Positions 35,957 to 50,500 of a stretch of 64,000 nt of DNA are shown in pieces. Origin of the DNA: Haliotis cracherodii (taxonomy: Eukaryota); contig NW_027266266.1 of NCBI RefSeq assembly GCF_022045235.1, positions 6,696,001 to 6,760,000 of the forward strand, read 5' to 3'. The notes under the pieces were generated by a model. That model did not search any database. It was given only the letters and a program-made list of their open reading frames with translations, and was not told where the DNA came from. Within the stretch, counting starts at the first letter, position 1, and the number at the start of each line of letters is the position of its first letter. The translations under genes were made by a program, and so were the position numbers.

Positions 35957-36793
35957 GGAAGATAACTTTATATACTACTCAAATGAAATTAAGGATCATC
36001 CGCTTCTTTCATATTACTATAGCACTGGCATTACAGATTACGTATCGTAATATGAAAGTGAGTGAGTATGGTTTTACGTCGCTTTAAACAATATTCCAGC
36101 AATATCACGGCGGGGGACATCAGAAATGGGCTTCACACATTGTACCCATTTCGGGAATCGAACTCTGGTCTTCGGCGTGACGAGCGAACGCTTTAACCAC
36201 CAAGCTATCCGACCGCACCAATATGAAAGAAACGGATGGTCCTGAACTTCTTTTGAGCGGTATAGAAACACGAAAGAACTGCTGGTTTCAAAATTGGAAG
36301 ATCATGTATATGTTTCAGTGGAATTGTTTAATTTTGACATAACACTCTGGTTTTTTAATTGTGTTGAGTTTAACGTCTATGAGAACACAGCACTAGACTA
36401 AAATGCGCCATTTTGTAACTGCACTTGACTCTGTCTGCAGCAGTTTGCCACAAAGGGGCTCACCGGAAGATGTATAACAAAGCCTTTTTGCTACATTACG
36501 TACATATACATGTATATGTATTACATCATCTTATTACATAGTACATCTTTGCGATTGTCTGTGCATATGATCGTTATCATTCATTATCAGCTGTTGCATT
36601 GCAAACAACAGCAACTTCTACCCAATTCCCCGCGCAGGAGCCAAGCTACGGTGTACTGACCGCGGGGTCGAACAATGGGTTCGCTCCTCAATAATGGAGA
36701 CAAAGTGGACTCACGCCATCCTCACTATGGTACCCTGGCATCCCTAGGGATTACCACACGTAGACGTCAAGGGTCTGCGTCCGTTCCATTCTT

Positions 36794-37026
36794 NNNNNNN
36801 NNNNNNNNNNNNNNNNNNNNNNNNNNNNNNNNNNNNNNNNNNNNNNNNNNNNNNNNNNNNNNNNNNNNNNNNNNNNNNNNNNNNNNNNNNNNNNNNNNNN
36901 NNNNNNNNNNNNNNNNNNNNNNNNNNNNNNNNNNNNNNNNNNNNNNNNNNNNNNNNNNNNNNNNNNNNNNNNNNNNNNNNNNNNNNNNNNNNNNNNNNNN
37001 NNNNNNNNNNNNNNNNNNNNNNNNNN
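36794..37026. other. Assembly gap (N run); second gap at 38473-38606
   Basis: N characters. Confidence 1.
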
Positions 37027-37076
37027 GAGAGTGTGAGTATGTGTGTGTGTGTGTGTCTGTGTATGAGAGTGCGCGC

Positions 37077-37113
<37 letters not shown>

Positions 37114-37536
37114 TTTGCGTGAGCGCGTGTGTGTGTGAGTGTATGCGAGTGTGTGTGCAGTGTGTGAGTGATTGTGTGTGTGTATGCGAGTGAGTGTGTG
37201 TGTGTGTTAATGTAAGTGTGTGTGTGAGTGTGTGCAGTGTGTGTGTGCGAGTGGGCGTGTGTGTGAGTGGATGTGTGTGTACGCGAGTGAGTGTGTGTGT
37301 TAATGTAAGTGTGTGTGTGAGTGTGTGTGTGAATGTAAGTGAGTGTGTGTGTTGTGAGTGTATGCGCGTGTGTATGCAGTGTGTGTGTGCGAGTGGGCGT
37401 GTGTGTGAGTGTGTGTGCAGTGTGTGTGTGCGAGTGGGCGTGTGTGTGAGTGTGTGTGGGCGTGTGTGTGAATGTAAGTGTGTGTGTGTGTGAGTGTGTG
37501 TGTGAGTGTGTGTGCGAGTGTGTGTTGTGAGTGAGT
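37027..37536. repeat. Compound (GT/GA)n low-complexity tract next to an assembly gap
   Basis: Direct observation. Confidence 0.95.
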
Positions 37537-40126
37537 AAGAGGTGAGGTGAAATTGGGTTTAACGTCGCGTCCAAGATTATTGCACTTATATAGCGACGTG
37601 CATGCACGTGTATGTGTGTGTGTGGCTGCTTGTACTAGTCCGGACTGATGCCGATTTATAGTGCTAGCTCACTGAGATACCATGCCGCAGTTTAACACGA
37701 ATACCCCACTCAGACACAGTATACTGACTCCGAGCCGACCAGTCCTTGTTTTAGCCCCTTAATGCCGAGCGCCAGACAGGGTAACAACAAGTACAATCTT
37801 TTAACGTCTTTTTGTATGACGCGGCCCGGGATCGAACCCTGGACCTTCCGCTCTCCGGGCGGACGCTCTACCACAAGACCACGGAGGCGGTCTGAGTGAG
37901 TAAGAGAGTGTGAGAGTTGGAGGTAGGGTGTTGGGTGCAAGCAACTGTGCCACATTCCTGTTTGATTTGAACTCGTGTCGCCCTAATATAATACAATGTC
38001 ATGCATATTGATTGTAATAAAATGATATGAATGTTTGCCTTTTATATTGACACAGCAGTAGTTGTCATGACGACATACAATACAACAATTAACAGGTATA
38101 GAAAGCAGGTATTGCATGTACTTACAATGGACAGGAAATTCTCATTTAGAAAGACACATTTAGTACACGCCAATTCCACAAACATATTACGACATTAAAA
38201 TACGGTATAGGGTATACGTGAAGTGCCCAGGGGTAGATCAAGGCCGGATGCAGCATTTTGCAACGTCAATAAAGTATTTTTGGTGCATATGAATATCATA
38301 AAGCCATTCTACACCAAGCCACATAACGTGGAAACTGTGTTGGGAATATAGTCTCGTGTATAAATACCGCTTGCATCATATCAACCAAACAGTGTGGTTC
38401 CGGTGTGGCACAAATGGCAATGGAATCGGTGAGAGCACCAATCCCCTATGGATATATGTAAAATAAATAATANNNNNNNNNNNNNNNNNNNNNNNNNNNN
38501 NNNNNNNNNNNNNNNNNNNNNNNNNNNNNNNNNNNNNNNNNNNNNNNNNNNNNNNNNNNNNNNNNNNNNNNNNNNNNNNNNNNNNNNNNNNNNNNNNNNN
38601 NNNNNNGAAAGTTAACTTGGGTCAGTAATGCCCGAATTTGCGAGGTTTCACTGTATTCAATAAGTTTTAGCAGCCTTCCACTTCAAGCTCTTTTAAAAAG
38701 ACATAGAAGGGGAGCACGAGTGGAGTTGATAATCAAGGCATAGCAGAGAAGCCACCGTTGATGTTGACGGACAGGGCGTGAAGTGTTGATACCACTGGTC
38801 AGTGCTGATAGTGTAGATACTCCCACAGCTCATGACCTTCATATTTCGACGGACGCCTTGTTAAAGCGGCATTGCCGTGTGGTGAGGAGAACAGGTGTGT
38901 GAGTGAGTGAGTGAGTGAGTTGGGTTTAACGCCGCTTTTAACAATATTCCAGTTATATCACGGCGTGTCAGCTTAATTTGGGCGGAAAGCCCGAAGTGAT
39001 GCAGGTCTCAGACGTTTACCACTTCGGTGAAACCCACGATCACGGGTATGGTGCTGACAACCCTAGAAACGTAATCGGGGCGAACCAGGATTCGAACCCA
39101 CAATCATAGGTTTCTGCCTTCCCCTAGGGACACTTAGTCTACAAAAGAAATGTTTCTCATATTTTTGCGTAGATGGCCTTTTCATACAGCGATTGAAAAG
39201 GGACAGCCAGACACACTAACTAAGAGTGAGTATCTAATTCCAACAGCGAAAGAGTTGTAAGTACGTTCCATGAACGTGGAAATATACAAACAGACAAACA
39301 AGCAAACAAACTGTAGTTTTTTTATCATGGCCTTAAGGACAGGAGGAACCATACAATACTGTACTATTTTAAACATGTAGAAATTTAAATCATAGTCGAA
39401 TTCGAAACCGGGGAAAATGCATTGACCCGACAGGCTTAAAATGACCCGCAATTAGCAGGTACCGAATACACGTTGTTAATTCGAACCCCTCAACTCTTGA
39501 GACGAGGCAATGTTATGACGCAGGCAGACATTCTATCTGTAGAATAACCTAACATCGGCACTTCGCTTGTCTCGAACTACAGATAATTCGACATACAATT
39601 TGAACAGTCTCGAGGACAACTTGTGACGGGACAGTCGCGGTATGTGCATATTATACGGGCGCTTCATACAGTTTTACTCGCACCTTACCATCTATCGTTA
39701 CCAACTCGTGTTTTTCCGGGACTCGGGTTCCGTCTTAGCGCAAATGGGCATACCTAAAACAATTGTCAACTCGTTGCGCAATGGTTCGCATATATTTCCC
39801 CATATATTATAATATATATTTCAGATGCAATTTAAAGCACATCTGGACATGCGGAATTATACAGTATGATTGAATACATTTAACTGTGTCTTGGAGATAT
39901 TTTTCGATGCAAGACATATGTAAAATCAAAAATTCTGTCTGAGGGTTTCTTTGACGGAGAAATTCTGATTGGTTTGTCGTATTTTCGCACGTAACAATCA
40001 TCGATAGGGGGGTGAGTCTTCTTGCAGGTTACGGAAAGGAGCGAGTGATGACTAATGACTTCTTTCTCTGTTAGTTTGTGTTAAGCAGCAATATTTAGGA
40101 CTCCAAGCCAGAATTATTCAGAATCC

Positions 40127-40135
40127 TATCATCAT

Positions 40136-40177
<42 letters not shown>

Positions 40178-40188
40178 CAGCAGCAGCA
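40127..40188. repeat. (CAT)n(CAG)n trinucleotide repeat
   Basis: Direct observation. Confidence 0.9.
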
Positions 40189-40999
40189 GGGATAACCCTA
40201 TAACCAGTGGACCGATTAGTAAACTGCAGAGAACCAAATACCACAAAAAATCCAAAACCATTCGTCCAATGACCAATATTATTTAACAAAATCATTTCAA
40301 AGACAAAGCCACAACCGTTCATGCAATAATAGTTAAACTTCACATGCTTCTGCTGGTTTAGACGCTTGTCATTTAATGTTCTTGGCTTTGGTCATTTGAA
40401 ATCAAGACTTGCAGAATTCATTTGACTTGATTCATGCACATGGGTACATGTCATCAAAATCCTTCTCTGAACCTACCAGTTGAAGGTGAGGTGAAATGAA
40501 ACGTCGCAATTTTACATGACTCCGAGACGACCAGTCACTGTCTTATCCTCTTAATGGCGAGCGCCGGGCAGGGTAACAACAAGTACAATCTTTTCAGGCC
40601 TTTTTACCCGTGAAGATCCGGGGTTAGAATAGATCTTCAGCAACCCATGCTTGTCGTAAGAGGCGACTGACAGGATCGGGTCGTCAGGTTCGCTGACTTT
40701 GTTGATGCATGTCATCGTATCCCAATTGTGTGGATCGATGCTCATGATGTCAATCACTGGATTGTTTGGTCCAGACTCGATTATTTACAGACCGCCGTCA
40801 TACAGCTGGAAAATTGCAACAAACAAACAAACAAACAAACAAACAAACAAATTTACCATCTTTTGGTATGACGCGGCTGGGGCAAGTACCTGCCTGGCGC
40901 CGGAAACACGTAGAGAGTGTACCTTTAAGGCCATGCGTGTGAACAGAGACACCACCGGCCCAGGTCAGAGTCTCAGTGTTATGTGGACCCAGGGAGACG

Positions 41000-43900
41000 A
41001 TGTTGTACCCCTTGCTGACCGTATTGTTGACCCTGTTTGTAGGTGAGTGTGTGGTAAGACTCTGTTACCCACTCGGTCTGCATTCATTAAGAAATCCAAA
41101 ATTGTGTAAATGTATGATATAAATGGAAACTAAATGGTTGGCCTAAAACGTACAATCATAATTTTGGTAATATACGCATGCTCGTAATTATTGTCACCCC
41201 TAAGACGCATATATCTAGGGAGTGACAGTAATTATTAACTTGGGTATATATTCAGCTTTGGTATCGGACATAGATATTTTTCTTTAGAAGTTTGTACAAA
41301 TCGATTTTCTTATCTTATCTTCGCCATTCTGCTGTGATCGACCATACCATGTCCCTAGGCAGAAGACCGTTCATGTAGCGTAGCCTGAGTAAGTGAGTAT
41401 GGTTTTACGCCGCTTTAAGCAATATTCCAGCAATATCACGGCGGGGGACACCAGAAATGGGCTTCACACATTGTACCCATTTCGGGAATCGAACCCGGGT
41501 TCGGCGTGACGAGCGAACGCTTTAAACACCAGGCTACCCGACCGCCCCTGGCGTTGTCTGGCTTACGCCTCGGAAGTCTGCTAATTAGTGCCGGGGCCGG
41601 TGGGGTAGGCCAGTGGTTAAAGCACTCGCTCGTCACGTCAAGGACCCGGGTGCAATTCTCCACATATGTACAATGTGGGAAACCCTTTTCTGGGGTCAAG
41701 CCGCGATATTGCTGGAATATTGCTAAAAGCGACGTAAAGCCACAATTACTCACTCACTCACTTAATAAGTGCCAATTATTAGTGACATTCTTGACGTCTT
41801 GGGTTTTACAGTTTGGGGATTTTGCTGACACTATCATACTCCTAGTTTGTTGGGTCCCTGTGTAAATATAATCCATGTCCCAACTCTGATATTGAGCACT
41901 GCCCTCATTCCACGAGCCATAGACTACCTAATGGGTGACGTCATGTATCTAAAAGAGGTTTTAGTTTTTGCAATAAAATGTATTTCCGGGAATGCTCGAA
42001 ATAACTAATTTCTAACCAGGGTTCAACTTTTGCTTAAAATGCTCCATCTTCCCAGAATCTCGAACTATATAAATGTTCTGTCTCAAACAAACTCTATCCC
42101 TAAGTGATATTTACGCTTACACGCCCATCTCCCCTTTGTCAATGTTCTTTCTGTTGTAGCCGACGTTGCCGATGGTGTTAACTGCACGACGTTAAACGAC
42201 GGCGTGTACGAGAAGAGTTGCCGTTCCTTCACCGTTTGTCATGGCGGCAAAGCGGAAGTGAAATTCTGTGACAATGGACTGGTCTTCAACGCAAAGACTG
42301 TCAGCTGCGACAGGTACCATTCGTCAACACCCCTATCGATGAATCTTATGTGCGAAAATACGACAAACCAATCAGAATGCGCGTATGACTTCAAGTTCTT
42401 CGGTCAAAGAATCCCTCAGGAATAATTTTGGAATTTACACATGTCTTGCATCCAAAAATATACCCAACATACAGTTAAATGTGTTCAAACATGCTGTATA
42501 ATACCGCAAGTCCCGATGTGTTTTAAATAGCATCTGAAAATATTCATGATGGGGAAAATATATGTGAATCATTACACAACGAGTTGACAATACTTTTAGC
42601 TGTGCCCGTTCGGCTTGTCCCGGAATAACACGAGTTGGTCATTAATGCAACAGGTACGTTACAACAGTTAACGCGAAGCATGGGATGCAATGGCGACGCA
42701 CAGTAGTCCAACCTAGGCGTGGGGAAGTTATAGTTTTGTGTTGGTTTTCCCTTTCTACTGTAACGTATATATGAACGAGCATCCATAGACAACTAAACAT
42801 ATTTTTCGTATTAATATTTTCTGAGAATTCTATCTTGACAGATGACGTGGGGATTTAGGGTAAGAAAACGTCCCCAGCAACCCATGCTCGCGAGCGTCTA
42901 AATAGATCGAAGTGGTCAGACTCGGTGTTGATGATGGCAATCACTTGATTGTCTAGTCCAGATTAGATTACCACAAACCGCCTTAATATAGGTGAGGTGA
43001 GGTGAAATGGGGTTTAACGTCGCGTCCAAGATTATTGCACTTACATAGCGACGTTCATAAACGTGTGTGTGTTTGTGTGTGTTTGTGTGGCTGCTTGTAC
43101 TAGTCCGGACTGATGCCGATTTATAGTGCTAGCTCACTGAGATACCATGCAGCAGTTTAACATAAATACCCAGTCAGACACAGTATACTGACTCCGAGCC
43201 GACCAGTCCTTGTTTTAGCCCCTTAATGCCGAGTGAATTTTATTATGAAATGCTAGTTTTAAATCTACATCTGTGATAGTCTAGTGGTTTTACTGTCCTT
43301 TGTCGACAGATTTTAATGTCTATAGGTATTAATATATAACTTGATTTAGTCACTATATGGCTGGAAAACTCACTCACTCACTTAATGCCGAGCGCCAGAC
43401 AGGGTAACAACAAGTAGCATCTTTTAACGCCAATTGGTATGACGCGGCCGGGGCAGACGCTCTACCACGGGACCACGGAGACGGTTGCCTTAATATAGCA
43501 AAACAACAACAAAACAACTACAAAACAACAACAAACATGTTTCTTGACAGTTCAGGGGGCACGAGTCGTCTGAGGCGCCGCGATTCGCTGTGCAGAGTTG
43601 CGTCCCTTAGGTACGCCTGAAACCTATGATTGTGGGTTCGAGTCCCGGTTCGCCCCGACTATGTTTCAAGGTTTGTCAGCACCATACCCGTGCTCGTGGG
43701 TTTCACCGAAATGGTAAACGTCTGAGACCTGCATCACTTTCCTCCCACATTAACGGACACGCCGTGATATAACTAGAATACTGATAAAAGCGGCGTTTAA
43801 CCCAACTCACTCACTCACTCACTCAGTTGACTGTTCAGTTATTATTTTTTCTCGTTTCAGCCCAAGTGCCGTAGAGCCCCCTTGTGGTAGATCACGTGAC

Positions 43901-46180
43901 TGCACCGGCAAGGACGACGGTGTTTACGTGGACGACGGGTGTCGTTCCTACTACACATGCATGGGGGAAGTCTTCTTCGGTCACGACTTATGTCCCGAAA
44001 GTAAGCCCGGAGAGTATGATACATTTTCCAACTGCGAAAATATTGATTAACTAGACCTTTGGACACTTGCATTTTACACTTTTACACTCAGTTAACGCCC
44101 TTGCCTCGGGAAGATGACTTGCATTCTGCCCCCCCTAGATTCCAGCAGCCCATGCTTGTCGTGAGAGGCGACTAACGGGATCGGGTGGTCAGACTAGCTG
44201 ACATGGTTGATGCACGTCATCGCACACCAATTGCGTAGATCGATGCTCTGGATGTCAATTACTGGATTTTCTTGTCCAGACTCGATTAATTACAGACCAC
44301 CGTCTGGAATATTGCTGAGTGACGCGTAAATCAAACAAACAAACAAACAAACAAACAAACAAATGTGCCTCATGGTTCCCGTCAATGCTGACACACAATG
44401 GCGATCAGGCGTTATCTGTTTAACAAGGGACCAACAAACCTTTAACCCAAAACTGTACTCCACTATTTAACATAGACATACGATACTCGTAGAGATGATA
44501 TAATTTAAAAAAAACTCCCCTGATTAATGTGTTTATTCCCACACTGACGAGGTAGATATCCTTATCAGACCCCAGTCTGCTTAGGTGTCGCCATTAAACC
44601 AGTGCTTTGAGATAGTGATTTTTAAATTGTCTCCATATTACTCAAAGATGTTAAGGATCTCCGTTTCCTTTATATCACTATAGTTAATCTGGCATGCCAT
44701 GACCGATTAGCTATTGTAAGTGCTCACTATTGTCGTGCCATGACATTTTAATTATAGCAAAAGGGGGCATGGCGTCTAAGGCGCAGCTATTTGCTGTGCA
44801 GAGTTGCGTCCCTTGGGCACGCCAGAAACCTATGCTTGTGGGTTCGAATCCCGGTTCGCCCCGATTATGTTTCTCGGTTTGTCAGCACCATACCCGTGCT
44901 CGTGGGTTTCACCGAAGTGGTAAACGTCTGAGACCTGCACCACTTCGGGCTTTCCTCCCACATTAAGCTGACACGCCGTGATATAACTGGAATACTGTTA
45001 AAATCGGCGTTAAACCCAACTAACTCACTCACTAAATATAGAAATATGAAAGAGTTGGTCCTTAACTTCTGTTGAGTAGTATAGGTCGGTTGATTGGTTC
45101 GAGTTTAATTGAGTCTGGAAATAAACAGATGATGTATGGTTCAGCAGTAACTTTGGACTGTGGGGCGTTGGGAAACCAAAATTTATTGTATGAAAAACAA
45201 CACGGGTTTTTTTGTGGAACTGCGGCGTTTTACTTGACAGATAAACGAATTTGAATTTTACTACATAAACGCCATACGTCCGACCCCGTCAATCCACAGA
45301 CCTTCCATTCTAACGTTTACTGTCTATTTTACAGATAGATAAAGCGTCATATTTACGATTTATTAATATGTACATGTGTTAATCCGTCGATTAACATAGG
45401 AACAGTACATTCGGATTAACAGGCTTTTAGTGTATAAAGTGTGTGTGTCAGTAATTTCTTTATAGATATTGAAGTAAACGAATGACTTTCTCCAAAATAG
45501 TCACGAATACAACATCAAGATTGTCTGATGTATACAGGCTTAATGCTGGATTATTAGTCAAAGCGGAACCCGTGAAGATCCGGGGTAGAAGGTCCTCAGC
45601 TACCCATGCTAGCCATAACAGGCGGCAATGCTTGTCGTAAGAGGCGACTAACTGGATCGGGTGGTCAGGCTCGCTGACTTGGTTGATGCATGTCATAATA
45701 TCCCAATTGCGTGGATCGATGCTCATGACGTCAATCACTGGATTGTCTGGTCAAGGCTTGATTATTTACAGACGTCATTTTGCTGGAACTTTGCCAAGTG
45801 CGGCTTTAAACAACAAACAAACAAACAAGCAAACTAAAAGCGGCGTTAAACCTCACCCACTCACTCACTCCGCATTCAGGAGCCAGACACACCAGTTCCC
45901 GATTCCTTGTGAACGCCTACATTCCAGTCTTATACGAACTCCGGTTTTGAAAGATAGTTGTTGTTTTATCTTTCCACGATACGCAAAACTGATTCTCATA
46001 TTTCAAGTGCATATTAAAATAGAATAATATATCAGATTATTCCTATCAAAAGTTGACGGGTATACTGATTATCTCTGATCTAATTTTGTCATGCTATATC
46101 CAGGTCTCGTCTTCAACCAGGAACTTAAGACCTGCGACTGGCCGAATCACGTGGCGCCACCTTGCGGTTCGAAACACTGA
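41000..46180 (+). CDS. Secreted protein with two chitin-binding type-2 (peritrophin-A/CBM14) domains, gene 1, 137 aa
   Basis: Exons 41000-41042 (signal MLYPLLTVLLTLFV), 42160-42313, 43861-44000, 46104-46180; phases 1/2/1; two six-Cys domains ending ...LVFNQELKTCDWPNHVAPPCGSKH*. Confidence 0.85.
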
Positions 46181-47591
46181 TGACATTCAGAGTGACCTCG
46201 GATTTTGGAACGAGGACGAAGACTTTCGAAGTCCCCGACTTTTCGGTACCACTGCACAACCCTATTGTGTGTACATGTTCAGAGACACGGCAGTATTACG
46301 ATAGTGTAGTGACGTAAGATAAGAGTAAAGACATACAGACAAGAATAGTTTGACATACCTTATCTGCAACCGAGGTCACCGAGATCTTGTATTGTAGATT
46401 CGTATCATGCAAAGACGAGGCGACCATTGTTATAATTAGCCGATTTAAATAAATATGTTAATTATAATATACTTAATATCTTGGTGAATAAACTGCTTTC
46501 CAACAACTGTTTGTCGAATTCTGTCATTGGAAGGGGCACGGGTGACCTAGTCGTCTAAGGCGCCGCAATTCGCTGTGCAGAGTTGCGTCCCTTGGGCACG
46601 CCAGAAAAATATGACTGTGTGTTGCAATTCCGGTTTGACCCGATTATGTTTCTAGGTTTGTCAGCACACCCGTGCTCGTGGGTTTCACCACAGTGGTAAA
46701 CGTCTGAGACCTGCATCACATGGGGCTTTCCTCCCACATTATGTTGACACGCCGTGATATAACTGGAATACTATTAAAAGCGGCGTTAAACACAACTCAC
46801 TCACTCACTAACTATAGAACAACATATGGCTAAAGGCTTATATTATCTTCTAATTTAAACTATATTGGATGCTGGACAGAGAATCATTGTTTACATGCAT
46901 ACATGCAGTTTATATATTTAAATAACTTTAAATGACGAGAAGTACTGGACACCAACAAATTCGTTTTAAATGTAACGGCTAATAGTTTTGAAAAGAACTG
47001 GAATAAAATATAAGAATTGTGAGTTTTGCTTTCCTCAGCAATGTTCCATCGACGTGACGGCGGTAATAATTGAGTCTGGATCAGACAATCTTGTGATTGA
47101 CATCATAGGCATCTATCCACGCACGAAATCACCGAGCCTGAACACCCGACCCATTTAGTCACCTCTTACGACAAGCATAGGTTGCTGGGAACCGATAGAT
47201 TTACCATACATATATTCAAAGTCGCCTTTAAACGACTAAAACCAAACGCGCTGGATCTGCCACCTGGCCCAACCCTTGTCCCCTTCAAAACGGATATAAC
47301 GAGCCAACACGATTGGCGGTAACAGCAGCCTCGTTTTGGATTACTTACTGATGTCACATGGCCGTTCATATGTCGTCAGGCGTGTTCTATATTTGGGATG
47401 GATGTGACAATGGCGCATGGAGTTATCGTGGCGCATGGGGCATGCGATTCTTCACCTAATCAACGTCCGGAACCAGACTGACCTTCGATAACAAGTAGCA
47501 TGGGGCGGTGTGAACGGAATGCATGTCTTGGAAACAGATAAGTTTCTGTGTCCTTCCCATCATTCCGCCATTTTCCTTCGTCTGGTTCAAC

Positions 47592-50500
47592 ATGATCTGT
47601 CTGGTGCTTCTCGCCCTCCTCCCGGCAGGTGAGTGAGTGAGTGAGTGAGTGAGTGAGTGGGGATGGAACGTCAACTGTAACGGCATTACGTTGTGTTACG
47701 TCAGTCTTTATAATGTTGAAATTGGGTGAAATTGGGGTTTGACGTCGCTTTTAAAAATTGTGTCACTTATATAGTAACGTGCACGTGTCTGTGTGTTGGA
47801 TGGTTGGTTGGTAGGTTGTTTAACACCGCACTCAGCAATATTCCAGCTTAAATCCAGCTGTAAATAATCGAGTCTGGCCCAGACAATCCACTGATTAATA
47901 TCATGAGCATCAGCGAGCCTGACCACCCGATCACGTTAGTCGCCTCTTACGACAAGCATTGTCACCTTTTACGACAAGCATGGGTTTCTGAAGACCTATT
48001 CTAACCCGCATCTTCACGGTTCGCCTGTGTGTGGCTGCTTGTACTAGTCCAGACTAATGCTGGTTTTAAAGCGCCAGCCCACTCAGATACCAGGCCGCAG
48101 GTTAATATGGATACCCAGTCAGATAAAGTATACTGACCAGTCCTTAGTTTTATCCCTTTAAATCCGAGATCCAAGCCATTTTGCAAAGCCGAACTGAGCA
48201 GGTCAGTCAACGAGTGAGTATGGTTTTACGCCGCTTTCAGCAATATTCCATCAATATCACGGCGGGGGATACGGGGAAATGTGCTTCACACAAGTTTGGA
48301 ATCGAACCCGGGTCCTCGGCGTGACGAGCCAACGTTTAAACCACTAGGCTACCCCACCACCCCCGGCACAAATAAGTAAACAATGTGAAGCTAAATTGTT
48401 ATGTGAAGACAGTATTTTATGAATAATATTAAGCCTTTGTTGCATTTAAGTCATGGGGTGAAAACAGATGTTCTTTGTCAGCTCTTTTCAACAAACAGTT
48501 TTATTCAGTTTAAAGATCTTTGGCCCCAACTACATTCATATATAGAATAAAACATACTTTAAGATGAATATGTACACGGGTGTTTTGGAATATATAATAA
48601 ATCTTGAGAGTGAATACTTTCTTCTAAATAAAAAAACAAACCTGTTACACTATCAAAAACTTTGATCCAAAACTTGGTCCAAGATGGACGGTTTACTCTA
48701 ATCAAAGTTTTTGATAGGCTGTCAAAGTTTTGGTGGGAATTATCTTGCCAAGGTGGATGATACTGACGAAGAATTGTTTGCTGTTGTTATTTGTATTTTG
48801 TGTATTGCCATGTTGAGAAGGCGGCGTCGGGGTGGGCAAAGTCATTTTTGGTCCCGAGAATGGCTGCTCGTTGTTGAAACAAATCAATTAATTCTTCCAA
48901 CATCTCCTCAGTCCAAAATAGTTGACTCATTTTGACTTGACTCTTTGCACTTCCGGCTGAAAAGTCTGATTGGCTAAATTAAATCAACGTCATCAAACTT
49001 TGATCAAAGTTTGACGAGAAATAGTATCGGTTTCTATTCCATCAAAGTCCCGTCAAAAACTTTGTCACAGTTTTTGACGGTATGTAACACTATCAAAACC
49101 TTGGTCAAAATGGACTTTCACCAAGTTTTTTATCAAAGTTTTTGAAAGTGTAACGGGGGCTTAAGGATTGTGCAGGGACCAATGTGCCAAAAGCGCTGAC
49201 GTTTACTGAGTAACCATGGCAGAATTAGCTTCGGTTGAAGTCCGGGAGATTGAAACGACTAAAGGAAGACATCGAGCGATACCGAAAGGCTTGACGACTT
49301 AAAGTAGCATGTGACCCAAATACGTTCCTGTTGTTCTGTATACAACATCAGTGTAATAACTGTCAGACTGGACCGATGTTTCGAAAACTCAGACAAGCAT
49401 GATAACGAAATTTCGTTATGGAAAAACAGCGTTTGGAATGATCGCTTGATGTCTACCTTTAAATGAGTAACGTCATTCTTTCGGTGCACCCCTGAATAAT
49501 CTGCCCTGCCAGATGCCAATCTCATTATTCGTGAGCCCCACAGTAAACTTGGACATGCATTCACTTATTATATGTCACGATTATCACACTGATCGGATAT
49601 CAGAATACATACTTATGACACCCGTGAAGATCCGGGTTAGAATTGATCTTCAGCAGCACATGCTTGTTGTAAGAGGGGATCGGGTGGTCAGGCTTGCTGA
49701 ATTGGTTGGGGCATGTCATCGAATCAATCACTGGACTCGATTATTTATAGAACCCCATTATATAGCTGGAATACTGCTGAGTGCGGCGTTAAACACCAAA
49801 CAAACAAGGTGAGGTGAGGTGAAATGGGGCTGAACGTCGCGTCCAAGATTATTGCACTTATATAGCGACGTGCATGCACGTGTGTGTGTGGCTGCTTGTA
49901 CTAGTCCGGACTGATCCCGATTTATAGTGCTAGATCACTGAGATACCATGCCGCAGTTTAAAATGAAAAACCCACTCAGACACAGTATACTGACTCCGAG
50001 CCGACCAGTCCTTGTTTTAGCCCCTAAATGCCGAACGCCAGACATGGTAACAACAAGTACCATCAATTTTGGTATGACGCGGCTGGGGATCGAACCCCGG
50101 ACCTTCCGCTCTCCTGGCGGACGCTCTACCATTAGGCCCGAAGGCGGCCAACAAACAAACAAACAAACACACATACTTATGAATCACGGTTGATCCCCAT
50201 CGTGAATGGTACTTGAGGTATAGGTGAACAAATTCAGCCTCATTAAGTTTTCCGTGATCTTTAATGCACACTTTGTTGCAGCTTTTGCGGTAGACTGCAC
50301 CATCAATAGTGATGGAGTGTTTGAGAAGGGATGTCGTGCCTTTGTCACTTGTGTGGGCGGAGTTGCCACGGTAACAGAATGTCAAGGCAACGAAGTCTTC
50401 GATGAAAAAACAAAGGCATGCGCTGAGTAAAGTATAATTTTCACTCATGATATTTTTTTTATATTTATATTAAATCTGGAGTTACCATTCCGTGCACACT

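Noticed and set aside
36675-37607. Long ORFs across the gap
   Set aside because: Artefacts of the N run and (GT)n repeats.
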